NCBI GenBank assembly: GCA_963815455.1
Contig: CAWFGO010000001.1
Location: forward strand, 1,536,001 to 1,600,000
Length of the DNA: 64,000 nt
Reading direction: 5' to 3'
Source of the DNA: an uncultured Verrucomicrobiae bacterium
GTDB lineage: Bacteria; Verrucomicrobiota; Verrucomicrobiia; Chthoniobacterales; UBA10450
The position numbers and the translations under genes are program-made. This document shows positions 28,472 through 39,386 of this stretch, in pieces; within the stretch, counting starts at the first letter, position 1, and each line of letters begins with the position of its first letter. Under the pieces are notes generated by a model that was given only the letters and a program-made list of their open reading frames with translations, was not told the origin of the DNA and did no database searches.

Positions 28472-29155
28472 CCGTCGCTGCGACCCAAGCTGGAGCAGGT
28501 AATAACAGAGCGCGACGCACAGGATCGACCCGGCGAAGAGCAAAAGCGCATAGAGCATGTCGGAATGTTGACCAATCCAATCGCTCTCACCCATTGCGAT
28601 TTTTAAAGCAAGATCGACATCGCGACCGGAGTAACCGGTTCCATAGATCCATTTTGCGATCCGCAGTTTGGAATCGAGAAAGACGAGGAGATTGGCGTGC
28701 GCGAACTCCGTTCCGGCCTTGCCATATTGAAATCCGATCGACTCCAGGAACGCATCGATGTCCGACTGCGAAGCAGTGCCAACCAACCAGCTCAATGGAA
28801 TATTCTCGCGTTTGCGATAGGCAGTCAGGACTGACGGAGTGTCGCCGCTGTCGAACGAGAAAAGGAGAACACGAAACTGTGTCGGGTCAGCCGCAGAATC
28901 GGCCATCGCTTTTTTCAGCTGATCGACATTCGCCACGCACGCAGTCTGGCAGCGAGTGTAAATTGGCAGCAGGATTACCGGAAAGCCGCCGAATTCTGTT
29001 AATCGGCGAACCCGGCCGGTTTCATCGGTCCAGCTGATCGGGGCCACCGCGTGTCCCCGCTGCGGAGCGACATCTTCGACGATGCCTCCGAAAAGATCGG
29101 CCGCGAAAATGGCCAAAACAAAAAATGGAAGTCCCCGCTTCACCGGCATCATCAC
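28421..29155 (-). CDS. SCO family copper chaperone
   Basis: YTRCQTAC (CxxxC), SFDS.DTP and FAH; C-terminal TM; follows the oxidase genes. Confidence 0.82.
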   Translation of the reverse strand: MMMPVKRGLPFFVLAIFAADLFGGIVEDVAPQRGHAVAPISWTDETGRVRRLTEFGGFPVILLPIYTRCQTACVANVDQLKKAMADSAADPTQFRVLLFSFDSGDTPSVLTAYRKRENIPLSWLVGTASQSDIDAFLESIGFQYGKAGTEFAHANLLVFLDSKLRIAKWIYGTGYSGRDVDLALKIAMGESDWIGQHSDMLYALLLFAGSILCVALCYYLLQLGSQRRSGRGSTAIQSITGADR

Positions 29156-30858
29156 GGCTTTGGCGCGGCGCCGATCGGCCGGGGGTTATCCGGTGAATAC
29201 GCCGGTGCGCCTGGGAAATTACTGCGAATTGTCTGCGTGATCGGAGGCGCATAAGCAATCACGAGCAGGAGCGCGGTGCCGACCAGCCACGGGGTGAAGG
29301 TTTGCACGGCGGGAACATGCTCGTCGTGATACGGCTCGGAAACGATCAGCTCGAGCGCGCCCTGTTTGGTTCGTTTGGAAAAAAGCGTCGTGAAGAAAAC
29401 GACAAAGAAAATAAGCGCGGCAATCGCCATGATGATTCCGCCGATGCTGCCGAGGATTCTCGCAGACTGCCAATCCGCGTGGTAGAGATGCGATTCCGGG
29501 TTGGTATAACTCATCCCCATGTTGGTGCGCCGCGGCTCGCCCCCGGCGCCTCCAATAAATAGACCGGTGGAAAAAATCATGATGCCGAGCGTCCAGATGT
29601 AGGGGATCCAAACGTTCCAACTTGGAAATTTGATTTCTTTGCCGGTGAGTTTTGCGACCAGGAACAAACTCATGCCGATGTAGGAAAGAAAGACTGGGCC
29701 GGCGACAGTTTGATGAAAATGGGCCGGTAACCAGGAGGTGTTGTGAACAACGACGTCGAGATTATAGGAGGCGTTGATGATTCCGGTTACGCCGCCAAAG
29801 ATGAAGATCACCAGCCCGGCGAAAAGATAGGAAAAAAGCCAGCGATCCTTGTCGATGTAAGGAAGTTTGGTCCACCATCCCATCAGGCCACGACCGCCGC
29901 GCGCGCGCGCACCATGCTCCATCGATGCCGCGATCGTGAAAGCGGTTGCGAAACTCGGAACGGCCACCAGCATGGTGAAAAAGGCGTGGACGAATTTCCA
30001 GGTGCTGCTGATTCCAGGCTCGGTGAACTGATGATGAATCCCGACGGGAGCGGAATAAAGGACCAGCCAGAGAAAGGTGAGTCGGCCGGCGAAATCGGAA
30101 TAGAGTTTCCCGCCGGATAATTTGGGCAACATGGTGTAGTACATTACGTAGGCCGGGATGAGCCAGAAATAGACGAGCGGATGACCAAAGAACCAGAAGA
30201 GCATCCGGGAGAGCGGGACATTTACGGTGGCGACCCAACCCATCGACCACGGAATAAGCATGAAAATGATTTCAATCGCTACCGGGATCGTAGCAATCAG
30301 CCACACGATAAACGTCGCGAAAATGCCGACAACGGCGAGCGGCACTTTCTGTTCGGGATGCTCGCGTTTCCAGGCAAAGTACGGAGGCAACCAATTGAAA
30401 AATGCAATCCACGAGCCGACGACAACGAGGGTAAGGCCGACATAAAACGCCGGATGCGCGCGCAGCGGTGGATAAAATGTGTAGAGAACAGTCGCTTGTC
30501 CCGAGAGGATCGCCGCCGCGGCCAGGACCGTTCCGGTAATCATCAGGGCAAACGAAAGCCAGGCCACTTTCATGTTGAGCGGCCGATTGAGGTGGTAGCG
30601 GACGACGGCGTAACCAAAGGCGACCGCGAAGAATGTCGTGAACACGATGGCGTTTACGACGCCGTGCAGGGTCAAGCCCTGATAATATTCAAGCCCGAGG
30701 AATTGGGACCGATGAATGATCCCGGAGCGATAAAGCACCTGCATTAAGCCGTGATAGATTCCCAGGATCAAAAGAACCATCGGGAAGATGATCTCGATCA
30801 GGATCAATCGTCTCAGACCCGGTTCGACGTCAATCTTGCGTTCGCTCGGCGGTTGCAT
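29152..30858 (-). CDS. cbaA: B-family (ba3-type) heme-copper oxidase subunit I
   Basis: YYQGLTLHGV, YTFYPPL, FWFFGHPLVYFWL, GIHHQF, VHNTSW.PAHFH.TVAG and G.PRR. Confidence 0.93.
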   Translation of the reverse strand: MQPPSERKIDVEPGLRRLILIEIIFPMVLLILGIYHGLMQVLYRSGIIHRSQFLGLEYYQGLTLHGVVNAIVFTTFFAVAFGYAVVRYHLNRPLNMKVAWLSFALMITGTVLAAAAILSGQATVLYTFYPPLRAHPAFYVGLTLVVVGSWIAFFNWLPPYFAWKREHPEQKVPLAVVGIFATFIVWLIATIPVAIEIIFMLIPWSMGWVATVNVPLSRMLFWFFGHPLVYFWLIPAYVMYYTMLPKLSGGKLYSDFAGRLTFLWLVLYSAPVGIHHQFTEPGISSTWKFVHAFFTMLVAVPSFATAFTIAASMEHGARARGGRGLMGWWTKLPYIDKDRWLFSYLFAGLVIFIFGGVTGIINASYNLDVVVHNTSWLPAHFHQTVAGPVFLSYIGMSLFLVAKLTGKEIKFPSWNVWIPYIWTLGIMIFSTGLFIGGAGGEPRRTNMGMSYTNPESHLYHADWQSARILGSIGGIIMAIAALIFFVVFFTTLFSKRTKQGALELIVSEPYHDEHVPAVQTFTPWLVGTALLLVIAYAPPITQTIRSNFPGAPAYSPDNPRPIGAAPKP

Positions 30859-30866
30859 CGGGCTTC

Positions 30867-31643
30867 TTATTTCAACGTTTGCAGGTATTCGACGATTTCC
30901 TCGATCTCCTCGTCGGTAAGCGGTGTGGCCGGCATCACCGGGTCAAATCCGGCCACAGTCTTCGCGTCCGGATTCAGGATTTTCTCGCGAATAAAAGCGT
31001 CAGTGACAACCGCAATCGACCCGTCCGCCAGTTTCTCCTTTCGTCCGTGCATTCCCTTGAAAGTCGGCCCGATTCCTTCCTGGCCGTCAATGGAGTGGCA
31101 GGTCAGGCAGTCCTTGGTTTCCAGGAGATGGTATGCCGGCCCGGTTGGCTCGGGTGCGGGTGGCGTAACCGGTTTGGCGCGGAACGTCTCCCTGTCCACC
31201 ACCCGCAAGTCAGCCGCCATGCGATCATGGCCGGTCCCGCAAAATTCGTGGCAAAGCAGATGATAAACGCGCGGTTGATCGAACTTCACCCGGGCGTAGT
31301 TCACGACGCCGGGGACAGCCATGAGATTCAGGTTGGTGCCCAGCAGAATAAGGCCGTGGGTGACATCCGCGGCGCTCAGATAAACGTCCACTGTCGATCC
31401 GGCCGGCACGGTCACATCTTCGGGCTCGAACTTCCACATCCGGGCGACGTAATGCAGTTCGTAATGCGTTGGAGAATGAGCGATCAGTTCGCCTTTCTGG
31501 AAAGGCTTGATATCGGTCAGGCACGTGGGCAGACCAACATGAAAGAGATTGATCGCCAGGGCGGCGAGGCCGAGGAGGACCAGCGCAAACGTAAGCGAGA
31601 TCCAGATGATGCGTCTTTCCAGTTGGGTGACGCTCATCGACAT
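30867..31643 (-). CDS. cbaB: Oxidase subunit II (CuA) fused to a C-terminal cytochrome c
   Basis: One TM, DVTHG, CHEFCGTGHDRM, then CLTCH...GPTFKG...MP. Confidence 0.9.
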   Translation of the reverse strand: MSMSVTQLERRIIWISLTFALVLLGLAALAINLFHVGLPTCLTDIKPFQKGELIAHSPTHYELHYVARMWKFEPEDVTVPAGSTVDVYLSAADVTHGLILLGTNLNLMAVPGVVNYARVKFDQPRVYHLLCHEFCGTGHDRMAADLRVVDRETFRAKPVTPPAPEPTGPAYHLLETKDCLTCHSIDGQEGIGPTFKGMHGRKEKLADGSIAVVTDAFIREKILNPDAKTVAGFDPVMPATPLTDEEIEEIVEYLQTLK

Positions 31644-31768
31644 CAGCTTCGGGCAATCATGATCCAATAGATCACGAACCAAATTGCGGCGTAAAACAGG
31701 AGGAGCATTGCGAAGAAGAAAATTGCGCCTTTCGGAAAGAATTTATTTTCTGATTCGTCGCGTTCCAT
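31643..31768 (-). CDS. cbaD: Oxidase subunit IIa (CbaD-like), 41 aa
   Basis: MERDESENKFFPKGAIFFFAMLLLFYAAIWFVIYWIMIARS*. The PKGA...W..Y...R pattern matches ba3 subunit IIa. TGATG overlap with subunit II. Confidence 0.85.
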   Translation of the reverse strand: MERDESENKFFPKGAIFFFAMLLLFYAAIWFVIYWIMIARS

Positions 31769-31776
31769 CGCGTTCC

Positions 31777-33315
31777 TTATTTCTCGAGTTGGCGCAGTTT
31801 CAAGTAGATCGCCAGCATCAAAAGTCCGATCCAGGCAATGCTCACCGCCAGACCGATCTGCCGGTACTTATACTCTCCGCGCGCTTTGTTAACCAGAACG
31901 TCAGTGCGCTGAACCGCTTCTTCTCCGGGCGCGGCGACCTGTTGAAAAGTGTTTCGGCTAAACGAATGCACATACGTTCGCGACTTCTTCAGAGCGTCAC
32001 CGAGCTCGGTTAACTGATTGCTGATCGGTTCGACATCCAGACCTTTGGCCGCAAGCTTTTCCGAGACTGCGGTAAAATTCTTTTGCGCCGCGTCCAGTTG
32101 AGTGATCGTCTTGTGAAAATAATCCGCCGTGACGATGCAATCGGGATTGTCTTTAGCGTATTGGCGATGGCAATCACCGCACAAGGCGCCCGGCCCGGTC
32201 GCCAACATCGAATCGTGCGTCTTGAGGATGGCGTGATTGCCGTGGCACTTGCTGCACTCGGGCCAATTATGCTGGTCGAAGGCCTGCTTGTGTTTGCTGC
32301 CGTCGAACAGACTGGCATTGGCCGAGTGGCAAAGACTGCAACTGCGACTTACTGATGCAACGCCCGGCGGAGTAGAGGCGTGGTTTCCATGACAGTCATT
32401 GCACGCCGGCGCGCCCAGATCGCCGCGTCCGAGCAGGGCACGGCCATGCACGCTGGTACGATACTCGGCCAGTTGATTGGTCGGCAGCGGCGATCCGTCC
32501 GGAAGTTTGAATCCGGCCATGATGGTGGAATTGGCATGACACGCGCCGCACGTTTCCGGCACGCGCTGGGCATAAACCTTCGATTGCGGATCCTTGGCGG
32601 GGCGAATCCCGTGGACACCGTGGCAACTGACGCACGATGGCGCGCGATCGTCATGGTTCTCCAGTAACGTTCGACCGTGCGGGCTATCCTTGAACTTCGC
32701 CAACTGATCGGTCGGCAACGAAGGATTAAATTCGTGCATCAAGGTCGGATCGGCATGGCAGCGCGCGCAGAATTGAACGACCCAGGCGCGATTCTTTTGG
32801 CGGTTGCTGTCCGGCCATTCCTTTACAAAGGCGTGGCCCATGTCGGCGGTGGCATCGCCGCCGTGACAACCGGCACAGGAGAGGCCGCGACGAAAGTGAA
32901 CATCCTCGGCAATCTCTTTAAGATTCATGTGCCCGGATGAAGGGCCCGAATTCGACGCGAGAGTGAAAAGGCCGTCGGGCGATTGGGCCTCCGAGTCGGT
33001 GTGGCATATGACACAATTGTTTTGCAGAAGGAGCTCCATTTTTTGCGGGCGCAACCCCAGCGCCAGCAGCACGGCCAGATGTTCCGGCCGCGTGATACGT
33101 TCCTTTTGCACGGCTTGGTTAAGAGCCTCCTTGAGATTGTCATTGAGGCCATCGAAATAGGCGCGCTCTGCAGAACTGATAATCAGTTTACCGTCTTTAT
33201 TTTTCGCAGCGAACATCTCGGCCAGTTTCGGCGTGGGGTTGGCCGAGCTTTGTCCCGCTCCGACAGAAGCCACCGATATCAAAAGAAAACCGGCGATGAT
33301 CGGAATCGTTCTCAA
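31777..33315 (-). CDS. Nonaheme cytochrome c with signal peptide, coiled coil and C-terminal membrane anchor
   Basis: Nine CxxCH: CVICH, CAGCH, CARCH, CVSCH, CGACH, CNDCH, CSLCH, CSKCH, CGDCH. TTG start overlaps the cyt b stop. Confidence 0.88.
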   Translation of the reverse strand: MRTIPIIAGFLLISVASVGAGQSSANPTPKLAEMFAAKNKDGKLIISSAERAYFDGLNDNLKEALNQAVQKERITRPEHLAVLLALGLRPQKMELLLQNNCVICHTDSEAQSPDGLFTLASNSGPSSGHMNLKEIAEDVHFRRGLSCAGCHGGDATADMGHAFVKEWPDSNRQKNRAWVVQFCARCHADPTLMHEFNPSLPTDQLAKFKDSPHGRTLLENHDDRAPSCVSCHGVHGIRPAKDPQSKVYAQRVPETCGACHANSTIMAGFKLPDGSPLPTNQLAEYRTSVHGRALLGRGDLGAPACNDCHGNHASTPPGVASVSRSCSLCHSANASLFDGSKHKQAFDQHNWPECSKCHGNHAILKTHDSMLATGPGALCGDCHRQYAKDNPDCIVTADYFHKTITQLDAAQKNFTAVSEKLAAKGLDVEPISNQLTELGDALKKSRTYVHSFSRNTFQQVAAPGEEAVQRTDVLVNKARGEYKYRQIGLAVSIAWIGLLMLAIYLKLRQLEK

Positions 33316-34697
33316 GTTGAACCTCGCTCGTCGGGGCGCGACCCCATGAAATTTAGAGCGACAATGGCAAACACGGCCAGGGCCAGCGAGATCGTGCCCG
33401 CCAGCAAATAGGAAACACCCATTAATCCGTGCAAGGCTGTGTGTAACAATGCGGCCCCGGTCAGGACGAACCAGCGATGTTCGAATCGCCAAACTCGAAC
33501 AAGGATAACGATCCCGCCCGCCGCCAGGGTCCACCATGCGCACACCCGCGCCACGTTGTGCACCGAAGCCGGATCTTCGCCTGCTCCGATGGCCCCGATG
33601 TCCCAGCCCATCAGCGTCAAGTAGGTCAGAAACAAGAGCGCTGCCCAACCAAGATCGCTGAAGGCCGGCGATGACTTGTCCCGATAGGCGCGTCGATCAA
33701 GCCAGGGAATAATGGCCCAGATGCCAAACAAGATGCCGATCAGGAACAAGCAGACTTGCGGGCCCTCCAGGCCAAACAGATGCGGCGGAAATTCTTTGAG
33801 CAGCTGATATTCCCACAGGAAATACCATTCCGGTTTAATACCGGGATAGGCCGGCGCCATCGGGTCGGCTTTGTCGCCCATTTCCCAATCCATTCCCGGA
33901 ATACCGGGTCCGTAAGGAAGGAACACCGCCAGCGCCCCTAGCGCCATCAAACAGGCCAGCCACAACAACAGATCGCGTAGAGCGAAGCTGGGAAAGAATT
34001 TCATGCCGCGGGGCGCTACCTTTTCCCCCAGGGGCGGCGCCATGCCCTGCCGTTGAATCAAAAGCAGATGCAGACCGATCACGCCCACGAACGCCAAAGG
34101 CAGAATCACCACATGAGCGGCAAAAAATCGATACAGCGTGTTAATGGTGACATCCTGTCCGCCGCGCAAGACCTGCAACAGCCAGTCGCCCAGCAGCGGT
34201 ACCGAACGCACGATATTTGTGCCCACCGTCGTTGCGAAGTAGGCCAGCTTGTTCCAGGGGAGCAAATAGCCGGAGAAGCCGAAGCCCATCGTCAGCAGAA
34301 ATAACAGATAACCGGAAACCCAGGTCACTTCGCGAGGAGGGCGATAAGCCTTCAGCATCATGGTGCTGAACATGTGGAGCACCAGCGAGATGATCATCAG
34401 GTGGGCGCTCCAACTGTGCACCGAACGAATCAGCCAGCCGAAAGGGACCTTGGTCGTTAGGAAACGAATACTCTCGTAGGCGGTCGCTTCACCCGGTTGA
34501 TAGTACATCAGCAGGAGCACACCGGTGATCACCTGGACAACGAAAAAGAACATCGTGATCCCGCCCAGGTAATACCAGCCCATCCAGTGCGACCCCAACG
34601 GCACCTGCTTGTGACTCAGAAATTCCAGCAGCGGCGTTAGCTGATAACGCCGGTCGAGCCAGCCGCGCAATCCTTTGCCGTTTTCGGCGCCGTTCAT
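33312..34697 (-). CDS. Cytochrome b subunit of Rieske/cyt b complex (unsplit)
   Basis: YYLGG, GWLIRSVHSWSAH, GFSGYLLPW, RFFAAHVV and IKPEWYF; extra C-terminal TMs. Confidence 0.93.
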   Translation of the reverse strand: MNGAENGKGLRGWLDRRYQLTPLLEFLSHKQVPLGSHWMGWYYLGGITMFFFVVQVITGVLLLMYYQPGEATAYESIRFLTTKVPFGWLIRSVHSWSAHLMIISLVLHMFSTMMLKAYRPPREVTWVSGYLLFLLTMGFGFSGYLLPWNKLAYFATTVGTNIVRSVPLLGDWLLQVLRGGQDVTINTLYRFFAAHVVILPLAFVGVIGLHLLLIQRQGMAPPLGEKVAPRGMKFFPSFALRDLLLWLACLMALGALAVFLPYGPGIPGMDWEMGDKADPMAPAYPGIKPEWYFLWEYQLLKEFPPHLFGLEGPQVCLFLIGILFGIWAIIPWLDRRAYRDKSSPAFSDLGWAALLFLTYLTLMGWDIGAIGAGEDPASVHNVARVCAWWTLAAGGIVILVRVWRFEHRWFVLTGAALLHTALHGLMGVSYLLAGTISLALAVFAIVALNFMGSRPDERGST

Positions 34698-34698
34698 G

Positions 34699-35166
34699 TC
34701 ATGCTTTCTCTTCAGAAATGACAATTCCGCCGTCCGGTTGTCGTTGGACTGCATATTTGGGCAGCGGGCGCGGCGGCGGCCCGGATAGCACGCGGCCGCT
34801 GAGATCGAATCGCCCATCATGACAGGGGCACCAAATGACGGACTGCGCCGGTTGAAACGTAACCGTGCAACCTTCATGCGTGCACTTGGCGCTGAAAGCG
34901 TGCAATTGATCGCCGGCCTGTAAGACCATCACGCGTTGCCCGCTTACCGGCACGATAACAAACTTGCTTTGCTCGAGCTTGGATGCCTCATCCCGGGTCA
35001 ACCGCGTCGGGCCGGTCGGTCCGGTCTGCGGCAGCGGTTTGAGATAACGAATCACCGGATAGGCCACGGCAGCCAGCCAGCCGAGGACGCTCGCGCCGAG
35101 CAGAAGATCGAGAAAATGGCGGCGCGATGTTGGCGAATTTGAAGTTGCTTCCGCGTGTTGCTCCAT
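34699..35166 (-). CDS. Rieske [2Fe-2S] subunit
   Basis: Tat-like SRRHFL, CTHEGC, CPCHDGRFD and GPPPRPL. Confidence 0.93.
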   Translation of the reverse strand: MEQHAEATSNSPTSRRHFLDLLLGASVLGWLAAVAYPVIRYLKPLPQTGPTGPTRLTRDEASKLEQSKFVIVPVSGQRVMVLQAGDQLHAFSAKCTHEGCTVTFQPAQSVIWCPCHDGRFDLSGRVLSGPPPRPLPKYAVQRQPDGGIVISEEKA

Positions 35167-35175
35167 TGTGTTTTT

Positions 35176-37128
35176 CTAGCCGTCGGCGGCGACGGGCTCA
35201 AGCCTTTGTTGCCTCTTGTCACGCGACGAAACGCTCGCTTTGTGGAAGCTTTTCCAGCGCTCCAGCGGCATACTCGCCGTGGCCATGAGCGCGAGTTGGC
35301 TAACGATGAATCCCACCAGCCATGGAAACGCTTTTTGCATGAAGCCGTAGGAATGCAGACCGACTCCGAGCATGTTTACACCGAACCATGAAAAGCTGGT
35401 CACGACATTACCGAATATCGCCATGATCATCAGGCCGCGTTGCCGAATGAACCCGCCCCAGCGCGCGTGCAGAGTAATCGCGCACCAAAGGACAATCAGG
35501 ACGGCGCCGTTTTCTTTCGGGTCCCAGCCCCAGAAACGTCCCCATGATTGATCGGCCCAGATTCCACCGAGGACGGTACCGACGAAACTGAACAGCGTTG
35601 CGAAACAAACCACGCCATAGGTCATGCGGGCCAGCGAATCGGCCGTCTCCTTTTTCAAGGAACGCGTGAACACGCCGCGAACGACATAAATGATGGCCAG
35701 CATTCCGGCCAGGAACATTGCGGAGTAGCCGGTGGTGATGGCCACGACATGCGTGGCCAGCCAGATGTTGGTGTCGAGCACGGCTTGCAACATCTCGAGC
35801 GTGTCGCCGCTGCCGGCGAGATGATGGGCGATGATTAGTGTGATAAACCCGATTGCGCCGGCGCAGGCCGCGCCGATGCCGTCCCGGAAAATCCGTTCGA
35901 GAATGAGCGCCACGATGACCGCGCCCCAGCCGATGAAAATGGCGGATGAATAAAGATTCGTGACCGGTGGCCGTTCCTGGAGATACATCCGCGAGACCAA
36001 TCCAAAGGTATGAATGGCCAGGGCTAGCAGCAGGAGATAAAACGCGGAACGGCTCAGCACCCGGCTCCAGCCCAGCCATGAGAAACAGGCGAGCAGGAAA
36101 GCAAGGACGTAAAGAGCCATGCTTTGGCTGAAAGGCTGGAGCCGATTGAACAGGAATTCGAACGATGTCCGTTTCGTCGCGTTCGGCTGTTCTTTCGCGA
36201 ACCAACCGGTCATTAGATCGACATCTTGATTGAACAACGAATGATCGCCCGCGCGGTAGGCGTCGCCGATGACCGCGTAATCCTTGACGATTGGATGAAT
36301 TTCTCCCGTGCCTACCGAATGCAACAGACTGTCGCCGATCGATCGCCATTCACCGGTTCCCGTAGCCGGGATCGCTGATCCCGGCATGTCCGCAGGCGGC
36401 ACGGCCAGGATGTAGGCCATGTCCGACAACTTCTCGTAGCGCTCCATCAGCCCGGCCACGTCGTTGAGCTTCGTTTTGTCGAAATTTTCTCCGGCCTGCG
36501 CGTTGCCGCGCGGCTTTTCCCGCAGCCGGGACGCTGTTGGCGAACGCTTCCAGTTCGGCCGCGAAATTCTCGTCCCCTTCGGGCTGCACACTGTTTTTCA
36601 ACCGTTGATATAACACCAGGGCATTGCGCAGATTCAGGATCGCGTTCTGATAGGCCGAACGCTGCACCGATTCGAGCTTGTCCGATTGCGTGCCCTGCTC
36701 ATCGATCTGTTTCAGGAACGGCAAGAATTCGGCAAAGCTGAAATATTTCCGGTCACTTTGTTCCCAAGCCGAACAGAGCCGAGAACGTCGGCGTTTTGGA
36801 CCAAGGAATCACCGGATATTGATCGGCAACAGGATCGCATTAAAGAGGAACATCGGTGAGCCACTGCATCGCAGCTGAGAGCGCGTCGGCCACTTCGAAA
36901 CGAAGACGAGCCGAGTTCCGAGATGACTCCTGTTTGCCATGAATGATCAGCAGCGAATTGCGCGCGACAGTATCGAGCGGCTTAACGCGTCCGCCGACCA
37001 GCACTGGAACTTTCCGAAACTGCGCAAGATCGAAATCGCCTCTTCGCGGGCTTGCTGCGGCAACCAATTCGCCGCGATCCAACTCGCGGCCAGAGCACAG
37101 AACAATCCAGGGAACGAAAACGTTTCAT
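35176..37128 (-). CDS. ccsA: System II cytochrome c synthase CcsA/ResC (large form); several apparent frameshifts in the 5' half
   Basis: RPPVTNLYSS, VLDTNIWLATHV and GGIWADQSWGRFWGWDPKEN. N-terminal GRVKPLDTVARN lies in other frames. ATG at 37128. Confidence 0.88.
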
Positions 37129-38290
37129 ACCAGCGCAGCCCTCCGTCTTTTTTGCAAACCCGACCAGATGAAAACCGAATTGCACAAGCAAACCGGCTGC
37201 GACAATCACGCAGGCCACATACGGCGCGATGAAGCTCGGGTTGTGCACCACTTGGAGGATCGTCGCCGAATCATCCTTCTGGAATCCCGCCTGATAAAAC
37301 GTTTCGCCGCGATATCGCAGCGGATGATTCATATAGATCAACACGTCGCGATTCACCGAGCGCTCGGGATCAATCAGGGTGACTTTGCTCGAGAAATCTT
37401 TTGGGATTTCGGTGCCGGCGTAACGCGCATGAGTGAATTTTTGCAATGTGACGCTGTAGGGCTTGTAATAACGCGCGGGGCGCAGAGTGATCATCCAGGT
37501 GCGCCCATCGCAGGAAAATGTTTGCGGCGCGCCCGAGCGCATCCGAGACCAGCCAGGTGCCAAGCGAACTTCCCGATTTTTTGGGGACGAACTCGATTGC
37601 CGCGCTCGTTACATCGCGTTCGTCGATTCCGGTAGCCCGCGGGGCCGCTTCGACGGCGATCAGTGGCGCCGGGCCCTTTATCGGCGATCGGCCGGCCGTT
37701 ACTGCCCGCTTCGCTCAACATTTTGAGGCGGGAGTTCTGAAAATAATTCTTCACCACGATTCGAAATGGCAGACTGGAATGGTCAATGATCCGGTTCTGT
37801 CTTCAACACCGCCTCGGGGATTGCAGTCACCTTGATCGAAATCGCTGTTGCTGGTATCGATCACCGCCAACTCCATATCCTGCCTGTCTTCGGAATAATT
37901 TTTTGTCTCGCCGCCGGCCAATTGCATATGGCTCTCGACCGCAAAAAGATCGGTAAACAACCCGCCAGCGAGCATGATGATCAAGCCGGCGTGGGTGAGA
38001 TGAATGCCGAGTTTTTGCCAGGCCCACCGAAAACGTTTCGCGTGCGCAGCGACAAGATTAATAAGCAGCACCGCGCCGATGAGATGGCCGCCTGGAAAGA
38101 CCGGAATCTTAAAGCCGCGGCTTTCCGGCGGCCACCAGACAAACATGCTCTGAAAATAACGCTCCTGCGCCTCGTGAATTCCGAGATGAACCTGCGCCAT
38201 CGTGCCGGCGAAGATCAACACCATGCCTGCGGCAAGACAGATGATCGTCAGCTTGAGCGACGTGAAGAGATCAACGAATCGGCGCCACAT
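37125..38290 (-). CDS. ResB/CcsB-like cytochrome c biogenesis protein; apparent frameshifts near 37830 and 37550-37680
   Basis: FTSLKLTI, GTMAQ, LGIHLTHAG, Y.GT.IPKDFSS.V and IYMNHPLRY.G.TFYQ. Confidence 0.82.
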
Positions 38291-38295
38291 TTGGA

Positions 38296-39380
38296 TTACG
38301 AATTAAACTGAATCGAGCGAACAAAATCGAGAAACTTCGATTTCTCGCGCTCGACCGAAGGGCTCGGGCCGTTCATTTTGAAAAACCAGCTCCGGCCATC
38401 CCGCCGCGTCCAGGCAGAAATGATCCGCGAATCTCCGCCTATCATATCGAGGGTCGAAAAGTTTGTGCCTCCCGCGTTCATCGGAACAATCAACGATTGG
38501 ATTTTCGCGTCATCGGCCGGGGCGAGGCCGATCTGACGCCGCCAGCGATTAACGTTCTCGGTGTCGCTTCCGCCATCGCCGGGGAAGGTAACGATGGAGA
38601 TGTCGATCTTGGCGCCGTTCTCTCCCGATGCGTTGAAGCTGGCGTAGCGCATCGATGAAGCCGGCACTTCCGTCCAGCCTTCAGGCGTTTTCCATTTGAT
38701 CTGCGGCGCCACTGAATCCGGCGGCGGCATCGCTGCCGCCATTGGCGGCGATTTACTTTCCGTCTCCGCATTACAAACCGCTGCCACCCATTTAATGAAC
38801 TCGGCCTTCTGCGCCTCGGTCAGCGCGGCGTTGCCACGCATCTTGAAAAACAGCGTCGAGTCGCTGGTGGGCGCGATCGCGGCGATGATTCTGCCGTCCT
38901 TGGCCGGATCGGCATCCTTGGGCAGCCCGGCAAGATCGACAATCGTCACTTCGCCTATCGTTGTCGTCAGCCGTTCCGCGATCTTCGCTAGTTTTTCTTC
39001 GAGATCGGCGGCTGGCCGAGCTGATCGAGCCAGCGATTCACATTATCGAGCACGTTGGCGGCGGCCGGGCCAAGGCCTACCAGCGAAATATCTGCGACCG
39101 CGCCGTTTTCTCCTTTGACGAGGAAACTTGCCCGACGCATTTGCGAAAGCGGCTGCGTCTCCCAGCCTGGCGGCGTGTTCACCGCGACCGATGCGACTGG
39201 CGCCATGCCGCCGGAGAACGCGGGCGAACCCGCATTTGTCGGCATGGCGTTTCCTTGAGCGGGCGCGGACTCTTCGAGCGGCGCCTTGGAAACCCGGTAG
39301 ACCTTGATCTCCGATTTCCGATCGCAACCTGCAATCAGCGCCGCGAATAAGCCCACATAAACCAGACGCCCTTTCATCAT
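38296..39380 (-). CDS. Hypothetical lipoprotein with two internal NVNRW repeats; frameshift near 38995
   Basis: Lipobox LIAGC. The pattern P.GW......MR.ASF...DIS.V......NVNRW..Q.G occurs in both ORF 38988-39380 and ORF 38296-38949. Confidence 0.75.
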
Positions 39381-39386
39381 AAAAAG

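Noticed and set aside
35408..36349. 313-aa alternative-frame ORF inside ccsA
   Set aside because: Arg/His-rich off-frame translation of a well-supported gene.
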